Below are positions 15,800 through 30,104 of a DNA stretch of 64,000 nucleotides, in pieces. The stretch covers positions 77,996,001-78,060,000 of the forward strand of contig NC_043006.1 in assembly GCF_006345805.1 (NCBI RefSeq), given 5' to 3'. A program made the position numbers and the translations under genes. Position 1 is the first letter of the stretch. Every line of letters begins with the position of its first letter. The stretch comes from Octopus sinensis. Taxonomy: Eukaryota. The notes beneath the pieces were generated by a model. It was not told the origin of the DNA and did no database searches. It saw nothing but the letters and a program-made list of their open reading frames with translations.

Positions 15800-16900
15800 T
15801 TGGAATACTTTCTATAAAATGTTTGGTCTGTTAGAATTCAACGGAGAATAAATAATAGCAAGTACAAGCCTCATAATATCTGTATATGATAATTGAAAAT
15901 TACTTAAAGCTAGGATTTCAATTATCTTCCATAATGGAGATTCATCATAGCAGAGTCTATGCCGTCTCCGGGTTAGAACTCTCGAACCATTAACAGAATT
16001 TTTACAGAAGCAATAAATTCAGTTGAATTAGTTGAACAAATGCAAACTATTAGAATCATGTCCTGCAAATGTTCGACTTTGATATGGTGGTTTTATTTAC
16101 AATTTTGCAACACACGAAGCATTGTCACTTGTCAGAAACAGACTATAAAATGACAACTAACATCGCCATTAACGCAATAAAATATCAATTTATTTTTATT
16201 AAGATTGTGCCTAAGAACAGCTAAAGTACAAATCAATAATGAAAATTAGAAACGAGGTAACGAGATATTGCTATGGGTTCACCATTATTACATGCAATGC
16301 CAAAGATCTAAGTAGATTACTTGGAAGAAACGGCTCTAGAAAGTACAATATTCAATACTGATAGTTGATTGTGAGCATAGGGATTTAATTTTTATACTCT
16401 AGCAACAACGAAAATGTTCAAGTTCTGTAAATGTACATCAAAGCAGTTTAAGTGACGACCGGCTATCATTCGTTGGTGTTCTGATGTAAATGACAGATGC
16501 AAGGTTCAGAATATCGATGTATCACAAACGTGCTGATTCAGGACCGTATTTAAGCTATAATTCCATAACACCATAAACTGATGCAAAAAATGTCGAATAC
16601 CTACAGCATCACGCAAAGCTAATTTTCAGCTATCCTATCAGTTTATGCTGAAGAAATGTGCCGACTGAATACAGAATAACCAATAAACTCTACAAGTCTT
16701 ATAAACACTCTTAAACACAATGAAAATTGGCAAGTGAAGTTTCACCGTTCTCTGGAGAAACATTTAAGCAAATAATTGCTAAATATGCAAGGTGCATTGC
16801 AGAAATGTTGAGTTTTTACCAGGAGTGACATTTATTAATTTCAACGAAGTAAAAAACAATTATCTCCTTCAAAATAGGATCGTCTGACTTCAAAACATTT
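15800..16900 (+). pseudogene. Degenerate Penelope-like element reverse transcriptase
   Basis: Broken frames read FDFDMVVLFT (about 16072; cf. SFDVxSLFT), DIAMGSPLLHAMPKI*VDYLEETAL (16264; cf. GxAMGSPLS) and RLSFVGVLM*MTDARFRISMYHKRADSGPYLSYNS (cf. LPFLDVLI..F.T.VYRK.T.T..YL.x.S), in the correct order. Confidence 0.75.
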
Positions 16901-17114
16901 GTAATACTTGAGCCACTTCATAAAAGCCGCATGAAAGTCAGTCCTCCAAAATGAATGTGTCCCGGACCCTTCACACAATGTCTTCCATATTCTCAGTTTT
17001 CATACATACATACATCTATATATGTATGTATGTATGAATATATGTATGAATCTATGTATGTATATGTATATATATATACGTATATTTGTGTGTGTGTATA
17101 TATGTGAGTGTGTG

Positions 17115-17237
17115 TGTGGCTGTGTGGCACACATGCTTCCAGGTTCAGTCCCAGTGCGTGGCAACTTGGACAATTGTCCTCTATTATAGCCTCGGTCCGA
17201 CCAAAGCCTTGTGAAGGGATTTGGCAGACGGAAACTG

Positions 17238-17329
<92 letters not shown>

Positions 17330-17588
17330 ATGTATGTATGAATGTATGAATGTATGTATGTATGTATGTATGTATGTGTGTGTGTGTATATCTGTGTTTT
17401 TCCTCCTACCATCGCTTGACAACCGATGTTAGTGTGTTTAAATCCCCGTATCTTAGCGATTCGGCAAAAGAGACCAATAGGCCTTACAAAGAATAAGTCC
17501 TGGAGTCGATTTGTTCAACTCAAGGCGGTGCTCCAGCCTGGCTGCTAACAAATAACTGAAACAAATAAAACAAAAAAGAATAAAAGAA
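17115..17588 (+). mobile_element. SINE family A copy with long internal (TG)n/(TATG)n
   Basis: GTGGCTGTGTGG head, CCAGGTTCAGTCCC, AAGGCGGTGCTCCAGC tail block. Confidence 0.75.
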
Positions 17589-17681
17589 TATATACATATA
17601 TATATATGTTATATATACATATATATATATATATATATACATATATACATTCATACATACATACATACATACATACATACA

Positions 17682-17714
<33 letters not shown>

Positions 17715-18524
17715 TGCCTACTAAATTCACTTATATGGCATAGATACCTTTATACGTATGTTTATACATAGAAAGATATGGGAAAATAGATAGAGAGGAG
17801 AGAGAGATAGACAGTTTGCTATATTAGATAGATATAATACGAAATCGCGCTACTGATGTGTTTTATCTAACATGTCTGTTATAGATCTTCCCGGAAAATT
17901 TTCTCGGCTATCAGGCCAATGAATATATTTTTGTCTTTATATTATTAGAAGCAACGAACTTCAGGTTGTAAAATACAATTACAGCCCGCCTTATTACAAG
18001 ATGTCTTTTATCCGCTGAAACACAATTGAGGGCATATTTATCTAATACATATCTAGTTTCTCTTTATTTCCATCAATTACATAGCAGCAGATAATATTTC
18101 TTTGATTATATTACGTAATTCTAGGATAAAACATTATATCAAACGTATATCCCAAACTTTTCTCAATATTCGTCACTTTCTCAGGCTACAGTTTAGAACT
18201 CAAATCCTTTTGAAGACCAAATTGAATTTTGACATCACGTTACCTATTTATATATAGCTTATTATTTTCGACATGACTTTTTACACAATTAACGCTTAAC
18301 ATGTTGGTAGCTTATCGAGAGATATTAATAACGCAAACAAAGTTAAAAGAAATAAAGAGAGCTTTAATACTTCAGTTATGTTGTAGCCTTCACTTGATCT
18401 TATATCAATCATATTGCTGATAACAAAGGGGTAATTATTATAGTAGTTCATATCTTTCGAAATTCCTAACGCAAAATTCTCTTATGTATACATACATACA
18501 TACATGTGTGTGTGTGTATGTATG

Positions 18525-18592
<68 letters not shown>

Positions 18593-18765
18593 AATACGTA
18601 GATAGATAGAGAGACAGAGACAGGGAGTGATGTGTGTGTGCGTGTATGTATACATATTTATGTATACATACATGTATGTGTATATATATATTATATATAA
18701 ACATGTGTATGTGTGTTTGTATTAATGAATACTTACATGCATATATGTATATGTTTGCAGCTGCT

Positions 18766-18815
<50 letters not shown>

Positions 18816-18826
18816 CACACACACAC

Positions 18827-18912
<86 letters not shown>

Positions 18913-21681
18913 TATGTATGTATGTATGTATGTAGTATGTATGTATGTATGTATGTATGTATGTATGTATGTACGTATGTATGTGTGTGTGTATACATTA
19001 TCGACAGTGAATTTTAATCTCGCAAATTCCACACCAATTTCAGGCCAGAGGTGTAATAAATCACTTATGATATTTATGGAATCTACACTCGCATGGAGAG
19101 GGTCGGTCTCGTGCTTGTATCTTTTCATGTGCTCCGCCATTTGCTTTAGGTGCTTGGCTACTAATTTTCAGCCTCTTCTCTGATCAATGACGTCATGCTT
19201 TAAATTCGCTCATTCATTCTAGGTTTACTAAGCGCTGTTCTGTTCATGACTTTCTTATATGGTACTGATGTTTGTTCGTGAATGAGTTTCACTGTAAATC
19301 TGGGTATGCATCGTTCTTTTGTGTAAGATGTTTCGTGACTGAGTGTAAGTTTATAGATTATAGTTTATGGGGTGCATGTTTCAGGCTACGATTGTCGTCC
19401 GTGTTTTTAGAGTGCGGGCGCTTACATGGAAATCTATTCATATGTGTTATTGCTTGTCAAGTTTATTGGATATGACTAGAATATTTATAACTCCTTGTGT
19501 GTGTGTGTGGTGTGTGTGTGTGTGTGTGCGTATGTATACTTAACAAAACGTATTATGAACTAAGTAAAATTTATTGAACAATTAACGTAATTTGAATAAT
19601 AGTTTTACAGGCGAGTTTTATGTTTTATAGCTAAGATGGAAAGACAGGTTGCGTATGTGTGCGCATGTGCGTGAGTCTGTGCTTGTGTGTCCTTGTCTTT
19701 GTCTTTTTCTTCACTGTGATATAACGTTATTCCTCTTGCTTACAATTTGTGAATTTTGTGTGATTATTATTATTCTGTTGTGCATAGGGTACAGATACCA
19801 CGACCATGTATATGTAAAGCTGCTATATTTGCAGTTATATTAGGTTTTTTAACCCTCAGATATGTTTTGAAAGGGGCGTTGCAACTTTTTAAAAGTTACG
19901 TTCCGGAATGTATGTGCAAGTGGGTATCTGACATTGAGGTTTCCTCTAGTGGTGCCGTTGTAACGTTTTCTATTTATCTACATCGGGAGAGTGCTTATGG
20001 ATTATTCTTGCTTGGAAGCAGTTCTTTTAATGCGCACATCTTGTTTTCTAGTGCAGATAGCGCATTAAGAATATTCATAATCGAATAGAATTCCAAATCC
20101 TTAAAGCTGTTGATTATATTTACAGACTAAAGACTGCAAAGCTTTCCAGAGAAGGTGTCATTGGAAGCTGATTCAGATTGGATATGCCTTGAAAGGCACT
20201 GCAATCTCATATTTTCCAAAAGAGGTGAGGAGCCTATTTATTATCCTCTCTTTTGTACCTGGTCACCACCTTATCTATAACAAATTTGGAATAAACAATA
20301 AGACATGTCAGAAAATATAATGTAACACGCGCAATCCTATGCCTATAGATATTTCTACAATGTACAAGCAAGTACTGACCGTCATAGGAAAAACTGTATA
20401 ATTCATTGTTGGCAAAGAATTATACATGGTTTGTGTGGGCTACAGGCTTCAGTACGAACTGTAGCGGCAACGCTAAATCGAGATAATCTTCAGGTAAACA
20501 GCAGTAGTAGTACTCCGGTAACTAGAAAAAATATATCCACCTTCTCTCCAGATAACAATAAATCTTATATACTGATCAAACAATTGGTGACATCTGAAGT
20601 CGAAAGAACAGTATTTACGGCACACTTACAGTGGAGCTGCACAGACCGTTTTCTTCCACGTAATTATGTATATATATATATATATATATATAAGGATATA
20701 AATCACGTTAATGATTTTTATCGAGTAGTCAGCATGCTTTAAAAATTTATAGGCAAATTAATGCTTAAAATTAATAATAATGTACATAAGTATATAATTA
20801 TATCAAGGGGGATAACGCATTCTCAAACAAAAATATTATAGACTGTAACTTCAAAGCTTTGTCCAATGATGCCTCGTCGGACTGCGATGCATTTAGTTTA
20901 ATCTTGGCTTTATATCGACTCTGTTGGGTTAAAATCTTCAGTGTATGGTTTTGAGGGGAGTGGAAATTAGGCTATTTACGATGTATTGTTTTGGAGAAAT
21001 TTTTATTGATGAAACTTGGAGTGATGTAATTGCTTAGCATTTACACATATATAGAATTTCGCAAGTAGGTGTTCATATTTAGGTGTGTTCCTATCGCATG
21101 GAACTTCAATTCTTCGCTGTCCAACAATTCCCAAACTGGCTGTAATGTCGAAATCACTATGAATAATATTCTTGTTCACGAATAGCTTTGTACTTTACGT
21201 AGGTATAGAGTAAAATATTTGATTAATGCAAAATTGTTTTATCATAACTCAACATAAAAGCAAACATATATATCCAAAGCAGTGCTTCTATATCCGTAAC
21301 TCGATTGACACAATCGTTTTGAAATCCTGTGTTATGCAAATTTATAATTAGTGATAACTTTTAATGACAGAACACGTACACTCTGATCAAAAGGAATCAA
21401 AGTGACTTAGCAAGTAATTTGATCATTTGATTACAACACCGTATTGCAAGTGATCGATATGGAGCTATCTAGTTACAATTACAACTTAAAAGTGCTGCAA
21501 TAATACCTTTGTAGTCCGTGTTAATACATATACATATGCATGTTTCTATATGTTGACATACAACTGTATGTATATACACACACACACGCTTAATTTCAAA
21601 TATGTATAGATAGGTAAAGAGAGAGAGAGAGAGAGATGGATAGATAATAGATACAATCAGACACATGCGCACACACACATT

Positions 21682-21762
<81 letters not shown>

Positions 21763-21962
21763 TTTGAGGGAATATTAATCCTAACTTACAGGGAAAAAAA
21801 TTCAATTTAGAAAAACTAAATCAAATTTCACACAATATTATATATATAAATATATGTGTGTGTGTGTCTGAGTATATCAATCAATCTATCTATCTAATGT
21901 GACTTCGAGAATATCGTTGGCGAATTTCTTTCTCCGTCTTCCCTTCTTTGGACTTTTTCTGT

Positions 21963-21997
21963 ATTTCTGATGAAGAGCTTCGCTCGAAACGTGGAAT
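21963..21997 (+). ncRNA. Minimal type I hammerhead motif, probably inactivated (G at cleavage position), in a pLTR-like repeat at about 21899-22143
   Basis: ATTT-CTGATGA-A-GAGC-TTC-GCTC-GAA-ACGT-G-GAAT: core 21967-21973, 4-bp stem II, palindromic ACGT stem III; site is GUG rather than NUH. Confidence 0.6.
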
Positions 21998-22142
21998 CCT
22001 CTTTCTTTTCTTTCCTTTCCTGAGCGTCCAATAACACTGTACTTATTCCACGCCCTCATTCTGTTGTTTTTTCTTGCTTGTTCAAGTTTGGATTAACTTC
22101 CACCTGCCTTCGTCTTTTGTCTATTTTCATAAAGCTTCCCGT

Positions 22143-22175
<33 letters not shown>

Positions 22176-22183
22176 AAACTAAA

Positions 22184-22417
22184 CCCTGACTCTAAAAGCC
22201 ACCTTAAATGTTCATATCGCACCATGAGATAAGACAGAGAGACAAAATAAACTAGCAAAAAGATATTACTGAATAATTCAAGATCCTGGATTTCTAGCTT
22301 TGCTTTAAAGATCCAGGATTTTGAATTATTCAGTAATATCTTTTTGCTAGACTATTTTGTCCCTCTGTCTTATCTCATGGTGCGATATGAACATTTAATG
22401 TGGTTTTAGAGTCAGGG
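22184..22417. repeat. Foldback/MITE-like hairpin with ~108-bp arms and ~19-nt loop
   Basis: 22184-22291 is the imperfect reverse complement of 22311-22417 (CCCTGACTCTAAAA...ATCCTGGAT / ATCCAGGAT...TTTTAGAGTCAGGG). Confidence 0.85.
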
Positions 22418-22545
22418 ATTTGACTGCTATTTCGGCATGGTGGTGTCTCTCAGACACCCTTATTTTTAGTTGTAAAACATTATTACCTTTGTATGGTATT
22501 TTTCCCAGGCTGGCCCTTTGATAATATCGATATTATCCTTATTTA

Positions 22546-22597
<52 letters not shown>

Positions 22598-22859
22598 GAA
22601 GATACAGAAACTTGAACATGCACACCAAGATGTAATCCTGAGAACTGTTTCAGAAGAGTGTTAAAGGATGGTAAAACTGAAAAACGACGTAAGTAAAAGT
22701 ATTTCGAAAAAATATAGATATGTCGACCGAGAAAGTATAACCAGAGAAGATTGCTAGGTCCTAATCCATGTTAAAGATGTGGAGGCATACATTTCAGAAA
22801 ATACTGTCATTTAAAAACCAAAAATGTTATAGTTGTCAAAACCTTGGACTCAAGAGAAC

Positions 22860-24480
22860 ACACTGCAGAACAAAAGTACGAATGTCAAATGTAAAATAAT
22901 TCTTAATTGCTCTCAAGAGAAAATAAAATCGACTCCCAAGTAAGAAAATTTCTACACGTAATAGTAAGCGGAATAGATATTATATTACAATTGGATATTG
23001 GTAGCATCATTTCAATCATTAACACTGCTACGTGGAAGAAAATCGGGAAATCTATGTTAAGAAAAACAGCGAAAACTGCAGGTGACAAACTACACTTTGT
23101 AACTAAAATATGGAATGATGTCACATTTCGAGGAAAAACTTGTAAGGTGATAGTTTACGCCATAAAGAACACAACCAATCTGTTTGATATCGACTGGTTG
23201 GAGTTAGTTGGCTTATGAGACTTCCGCATACGTCTCTATTGCAAAAACATAATTCGTTGTCCTTCTAAAGATAAGCCGTCTCAGGATTTGAAGAGAAAAT
23301 CCCAAAAGATGTTTCCTCACGTAATTTCGGATGAGTTAGGTCTATCTAAAAAGACTGAAGCGTGTTTTCAGTTAAAGGAAAACGCTGTGCCAGTATTCAA
23401 ATCCAATAGCAATGTACCGTTCGCTGCAATAAAATACTTAGATGAAGCGTTAGACAGACTGGAAAAGTGTGGAATTATTAAAAAAGTGGATCACTCTAAA
23501 TGGGCAGCACCTACTGTGTGTATTAAAAAATTTTTTTAATTCATCTGTGTGCCGATTTTTCTTCAGGTCTGAATGACGGCTTAAAGACTTGTCACTATTC
23601 ATTTCCTACTCCAGAGGATATTGTTGCAAAATTAAATGGTGGCAAAATGTTCCCGAAATTCGATTTATCTTAGATGTATCTGCAAATAAAGGTTGACGAG
23701 GAATGCTCAAAGCTTCTAGCAGTAAATACACACAGATGATTGTAGAAATATAATAGATTGCCTTTTGGCCTGCTGGTCGCACCTGCAATATTTCAACAGG
23801 CTATGGATGAGATGTCGGTAAAGTGCCAAAACGCGTTCGAAGAGATAAAAAGAAATAGATTCTGATTTGTCACTAGCTCATTTCGATCCTGAAATGAACA
23901 TTGTCGTAGCTTCATATGCTTCGGATTATGGAATAGGAGCAGTCTTGCTACACAATTATAAAGATGGAAATAGGAAACCAATATTTCTTGCTTCACGTTC
24001 GATGATAGCAGCGGAAAAAAGTATTATCAGATAGAGAAGGAGACTCATTCGATTGTTTTTGCGGTAAAAAAATTTCACAAATTTCTACATGGTAGAAGGT
24101 TTTTGCTACAAACAGACCATTGACCACAACTATCAATTTTGGGATCAAAAAAAGGATTGCTTACCCATACAGCGAACCGACTACAACGCTGGGGTACAAT
24201 ATTGCTAAACTACAATTTTAAAATGCAGTATATTCCCTCGAAGAAAATTGGTCATGCAGACTGTTCATCAAGACTAATTGCCAAGAATGCGGAACCGATA
24301 GAAGATACGGTGATAGCCTCATTGCAGACAGAAAATAAAATTTGAAATATTACGTCTAATGTTATTCACGAAATGCGAGTGACAGCGCATGACATAAAAA
24401 TTAAGTTCACAGAGGATAATTACGTTTCAAGAATGAAAGAAACATTGAAAAATAAGCATAATAAAAAAATCGAATAAATT
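22860..24480 (+). mobile_element. Degenerate Ty3/gypsy LTR-retrotransposon pol (protease, RT, RNase H)
   Basis: LQLDIGS protease-like motif, WAAPTVCIKK, ASDYGIGAVL, FAVKKFHKFLHGRRFLLQTDH and RLQRWGTILLNYNFKMQYIPSKKIGHADCSSRL in order, with many stops and frameshifts; no LTRs found. Confidence 0.85.
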
Positions 24481-26890
24481 TTCCCTATTCGATCCTGAAA
24501 TATTTTTCGTTTGTTTTAACATTGAAAATATCTGTTTCAGATTTTTGCACAACGCAGTTTTAGAAGCAGAGGTCCATTCGACACAGCCGATCCCAGTGCT
24601 TCACTGATACTTTATTTTGCGGAGTGAATCTGAATTCTAGAATTTGGAGGAAGACCCGACAAATTTTACTATACCTCCTCAACGGAGCATGAACTAAAGT
24701 GTATGTCCTATGCCTTAGAATGACTTTTATATTAGACAGATCTCGTGTGAAAACTGATCACTGATTAGACAAATTAAAATAATGACATTAAAACGATTTG
24801 CCATGGGCGAATTCTGCCTGAAGGCCATAGAGTTGAGTGCTATATAACATACTTAACGCTTAATAATTAAAGATATCAATCACAAAATTAAGTATATTTG
24901 CCAGCACTTAACTGCATGCTCTTCATTCATATGGCCCCTCAGGAAAATTTCTCATCTTCATCAATTTATTTAAATTTACGATACTAATCTTCTCTCAGAA
25001 ACATTTAAACCTTTTTTCATAGAATTTTCTTTTTCCTAATTCTTTTTGCTGATATTATCTCCCTCTCTTTTATTTATCGATTATTGCCTACTAAAGTGAT
25101 AAAGCTTTGCAAATTTTAGTTTTGAATCAAACAACAGCACCGAAAAAATAACTGCAGTAACGTTTCCAAGTTTGCTTGAATATTCCCAGTGCTCTTAGAG
25201 TCAAACCTAAAGTAATATTTGAACTCAGCGCTACAAATAAATATGACGTTTTCAACAATATACGATATACGAGACTTGCAGCAATGCACCTTTCTTTTCA
25301 TCTAAGTGAACAAGACTGGCGAAAGCAGTCCAAAATGCGCAATATAGAAAATGTGCAGCACAGGAATTGCCAACCTTTCAACTGAGAATCCATGTTTTAT
25401 CAACTTGCCTCAATGCACTTCTTATTTTCCCTCAATAGAAATATTCTATAAAGTGTATTCATTGTGTGATTTCGTAAAATGTCATTCTGCGGTCATTTTT
25501 GTCTCTATAAGCGACCAATATCTTAAAAGAGAAAGTTACATAAACCAACATATATCTTACTAGTATTATTCACCTCATTCTCTTGCAGTTTTCTTTCACA
25601 TTTAATAATTTCCTTCGTTTATGTTATTTTTTCTTCTATCACCAGCCTTTTTTATGTTTTTAATATTCTTGCTATGACATTCTGTGAAACCACTCCTACG
25701 TGAACAATTACCTTCCATTATATTCTTATATGTCATCAAAGTGCTATCTAGAAACATTCTATTTTCTACGCCGATAAACACTTAACGCCAATTCCATTGA
25801 AACGCAAAATGAGAAAAAATATATAAAGAGATAACCCTTCACCATCTCAATCTACCTATTCATTTTCCTCTTTAACAATTACACATTTCCCGCTAAAAAA
25901 ATTTTATTTGTATTGCAGCAAAATATTTTGCATTCAAAAACCGAAGAATAGCGAGTGTTATGCTCTGTATGGTATCAAACATCAAATGTGTTTGCCTGGT
26001 TTAGAGATTTTCCGTTGGAAGTATATTGCATAACAATTTATTCATATATTCTTATGGAGTGATCGAAATATTAGCGGACAATACTAAATAACTTTGAATT
26101 TTTTTCCGTACCTTCAACGTTACGAATTCAAATCCCGCCTTTCATCTCTCTTGTATCATAATGATGAATTGAACTTGTGTACTGGAATCGATTTAGTCAA
26201 TTATATCTCTCACCTATAACGATTTACAGATCTTTAAAACCTCATTACTCTGAAACAGTCCATTATTTAATGTTCATTTCACACTTTCCATCACATTACA
26301 ATTCAAAATTCACTATAGGCTTTGATTAGGTATTTTCCCCTTTGGGGTTGATAAAATGAGTACCCAACCATGTGTAGTGATCGAATCACTATATCTATAT
26401 AAATTTATCCATAGAACAACTTTCCTTGAGCCAAAATAATACATAAATAAATTATTCATAGAATTGGAACGGATGGCTTACAGTATAGTAATGTCAACTG
26501 ATGTACTCTGACCGACTCTACTTTGTTTGCTTCCGCTGTGGACGTTAACAGGATATTCAGGAATTCAGAAATACAAACCGAAACAATATGATATCAAAAT
26601 TTGTTCCTGTTAACTTCCATTTTCTTCAGTAGAAGTATTTAATAAAATTATGTACTTTCTTAAAATGTCATATCATTCTGCTATCACTTTTTCTATATAT
26701 GACCAATAACCTCGAAACCTGGGGAATTTTGTTGTAAGCACTGTCTTTGGAATGGTGCAAGTCTGTGCTTTCCCTGCTACACTGTTATTTATTTACTATT
26801 ACACTGGGAAATTTCTTAGACTCTACGTTCAGTCGAGTTATGAGCGGGAAATTTTTTAATTATTCTTCTCTTTTTCGCGTCGTCATTTAG

Positions 26891-26978
26891 CAAGACCATC
26901 ATTCCGGTGCTTACAGAACTCCAAATACTCCCGCTTTGCTGCCATTTGCACAAGACGTTTGCAAAGGTGTCGGAAAAT
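26891..26978 (+). CDS. Candidate 88-bp internal exon of an unidentified host gene
   Basis: Acceptor TTCTTCTCTTTTTCGCGTCGTCATTTAG, donor GTAAGT at 26979, unique sequence, all three frames open (e.g. QDHHSGAYRTPNTPALLPFAQDVCKGVGK); product not recognised. Confidence 0.35.
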
Positions 26979-27134
26979 GTAAGTCTGACCTGTAACACTA
27001 AAGGCTATATTGTTGACCATTGAAACGAGGCCATATCATCCCTCATGCAAATACCCTTAGATGTACTCTAATTAAATCCATTGTTTTTTTTTCTTACACT
27101 TTTGCCTAAATCTAGAACCATTATTATTATTATT

Positions 27135-27616
27135 GAGTAAGAGAGCAGTGCATGCAATGAACTGACACTGGGGTAAAATATACGAAGAACAGCATACCCA
27201 TCATGACGACACGTCTGATAAGTGTGCAACATACATCACAACCATATGTGATAATGCACATACATCACAAACATATGTGCACGACATGGAGATCTCATAT
27301 CAAGATAAACAGCGTATGACCTTGCAACAGGAACCCAGTTAAAATTTTCTTCAGGTCAAGTAGCCCATCCTGCTCAAATGGTTTAAGGATGTTGAATGAA
27401 ACACCCATGTTTCCACAGATGAATTCTTCAAACTCTAAAGAATTCCTCTCAAGACATGGCTATGATGCTCTCCCATTACTTCCTTTCGTGGTCAGAGATG
27501 CACATATCATCAGCCGCCAATGGACATGCTCAACCGGTTACGGTCAAACAACTGACATGGAAATCTGAGGTACTGAGCAGAATATTTGCTATAGCCAATC
27601 TTTTATACCAAGACAA
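27135..27616 (-). mobile_element. Diverged, truncated copy of the ~560-bp (TAA)n-embedded element
   Basis: Reverse complement of most of 32893-33450, lacking its first ~80 bp; (TTA)n on both sides. Confidence 0.8.
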
Positions 27617-27699
27617 TTATTATTATTATTGTTGTTGTTGTTGTTACTGCTGCTGTTGCTGCTGCTGCTGCTGTTATTGTTATTATTTTTGTTGTTAAT

Positions 27700-28290
27700 C
27701 TGAAATACTCTCAGATAGTTCTTAATTACCGATTATTCATGAAAGTAGGCAAAAACAAATCACCAGTAACACAAAGAGACAATACTCTCCTTAGAATGCG
27801 AGCTGGACCCAACAATGCCATATTCTGGATCATCTCCAGCCTGATAGCAGCTCCAATATTCTTAATATGTTTTTCAAAGCCCTTGATAACTGCTCCGAAT
27901 GCTCCAGTTACCACCGGTATCACCATTACTTCCCTCATGCCTCATAACTTTCCTATCTCGTCCCGCAGTGACTGGTATTTCTCAATCTTCTCTGTTTCCT
28001 TACATTTCACCCTCAAGTCGCCTGGTATTGCAACATCTGTTATCTTTACTTCTTTTTTCATCTCTATGGATGAGCACGATATCTGGTCGTCTCGCCTCTA
28101 TGACTTGGTCGTACCGCATGTTAAAATCCCAGAGTATTTGGTAATGTTCGTTTTCTATTACTCCCTTTGACTCATGTTCATACCTTTGTTCGGTTCTCTC
28201 GAGGTTTGCTTTACCGCACAACAGCCAGTGGACATATCTGGTAACATCGTCGTGTCTACTTATATATACGCGTTGTGCCTATAATAGAAA
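27700..28290 (-). mobile_element. R4/Dong-like non-LTR retrotransposon 3' fragment (restriction-like endonuclease domain)
   Basis: ILWDFNMRYDQVIEARRPDIVLI and VIPVVTGAFGAV...LLGPARILRRVLSL; (TTA)n at 28295. Confidence 0.8.
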
Positions 28291-28292
28291 AG

Positions 28293-28351
<59 letters not shown>

Positions 28352-28806
28352 GGTTTTTGTTGTTGTTGTTGTTGTTTTTATTGTGGGGGTGCAGGATTGT
28401 TGTTGGTCGTCGTCACCCTCTTCATCGTAGTGGTTTTCCTTTTTTTTATTAGAACTGCGAAGTGGATGGAGTTTTATATACACCTGTTTCATTTTATTCA
28501 TTTAGATTTTTTATAATGATTTTGTTCTTGCGATTGTTGCTAAAGTTGATTGTGTGTTTGTGGGTTTTTCTGGTTTTATTCTCTTGTATTGGTAGTGATG
28601 ATGCGGGTATGTTGTCTTTCATAAAACTCTCTGCCTCCCTCATCGAAATTCCTAGTCTTAGTCAGGGCAGGTCTCATACATTTCTAGTTTACACTATTAG
28701 CTACACTGGAAAGCCTCTTTTGGCAGATTCTTCACGCAGCCTTCATCACATGACGTGGACACTCAAGCGGAAATGATGAGAAGTGATGTGTAGGTGAAGA
28801 CCAAAG

Positions 28807-28859
<53 letters not shown>

Positions 28860-29170
28860 ATATTATATATATATACATGGTGGTTGTCTACTCCATATGC
28901 ATAGTTGGACCACCTCCTATAGCTGCACCTTAGAACCATCATGGCATTTGATGTGGCTTCTTAAACCAGACAATGATTTGAAAAGACATCCACATAGATT
29001 GCATATCCAGTTTGGACCACCAAGAGCTGCAGATAAATTCTGATCTTTGTGGGTCTTAAAATGAATTTATGTCCGTGCGTGTGCGCGTGTGCCTACATGA
29101 ACATGTATGTGTGTATACATGTATGTATGTGTGCATGTATGTATGTGTGTATGTATGTATGTTTGTATGC

Positions 29171-29201
<31 letters not shown>

Positions 29202-29599
29202 CATGTATGTATGTATGTATGTATGTATGTATGCATGCATGCATGTATGTATGTGTGTGTGTATGTATGTATGTATGTATGTATGTATGTGTGTGTGTAT
29301 GTATGTATGTATGTATGTATGTATGTATTATGTGTGTATGTCTGTGCGCACGCATGCGCTTGTTTGAATTTTGCTGTAAGACGGCACTGTTGTAAGTTAC
29401 TTCTGTTTACAGTGGTGTCCTTTTTTTGTTGTTTTTATTAAGTTGGAGGTCACTATCAATGTTGTTGTTGTTGCTATTCCTGCATTTCTTGACGATGCAG
29501 CAGCTTCCTGTTCCTTTCGATGCATTTATTTATACATTTTATCTTTGGCTGATATTGTTTCTGTCGTTGCTGTTTGTGTGTTTGTTTGTTGTGCGAAGC

Positions 29600-29952
29600 G
29601 GTCTTCGTCCTATTAGTGGCAGAAGTCCGAAACGTGGTCCTTTGCTATTCGTAAGACCCGCAGAAGAGAAAGCAGGTCAACCCCCGACACCGAGAGCATC
29701 GCCAGATGGATGAATGCGCATCCAGGCTCAGCGGTTGCGTAGGAAGTCGGGGACAAGAAATAGGAAGAAAGAGTGAGAGAAAGGTGTGACGAAAGAATAC
29801 AGCAAGGATCGCCACCCACCCCCTGCCGGAGCCTCGTGGAGCTTTAGGTGTTTTCGCTGAATAAACACACACACAACGCCCGGTCTGGGAATCGAAACCG
29901 CGATCCTCCGACCGCGAGTCCGCTGCCCTAACCACTGGGCCATTGCGCCTCC
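29600..29952 (-). mobile_element. tRNA-derived SINE family C
   Basis: Reverse complement of head GGAGGCGCAATGGCCCAGTGGTTAGGGCAGCGGACTC...GGTTTCGATTCCC (A- and B-box-like). Confidence 0.75.
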
Positions 29953-30104
29953 TTGTTGTTGCTGCTGTAGTTGACTTTACAACTGTTGCTGCTGCTCTCG
30001 CTGTTGTTGATGTTGCAGTTGCCGTTGCAACTGAACTGTCGTTGCTGCCGTTACTATTGCTGGACTCGTTGCTGTGGTTGAATTGGTGGCTACTGTTTGG
30101 CAGT

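Noticed and set aside
19010-20100. Possible Penelope GIY-YIG relic on the minus strand (also 28430-28680)
   Set aside because: Only isolated short motifs (TALSK, GVYK) amid stops; too weak to call.
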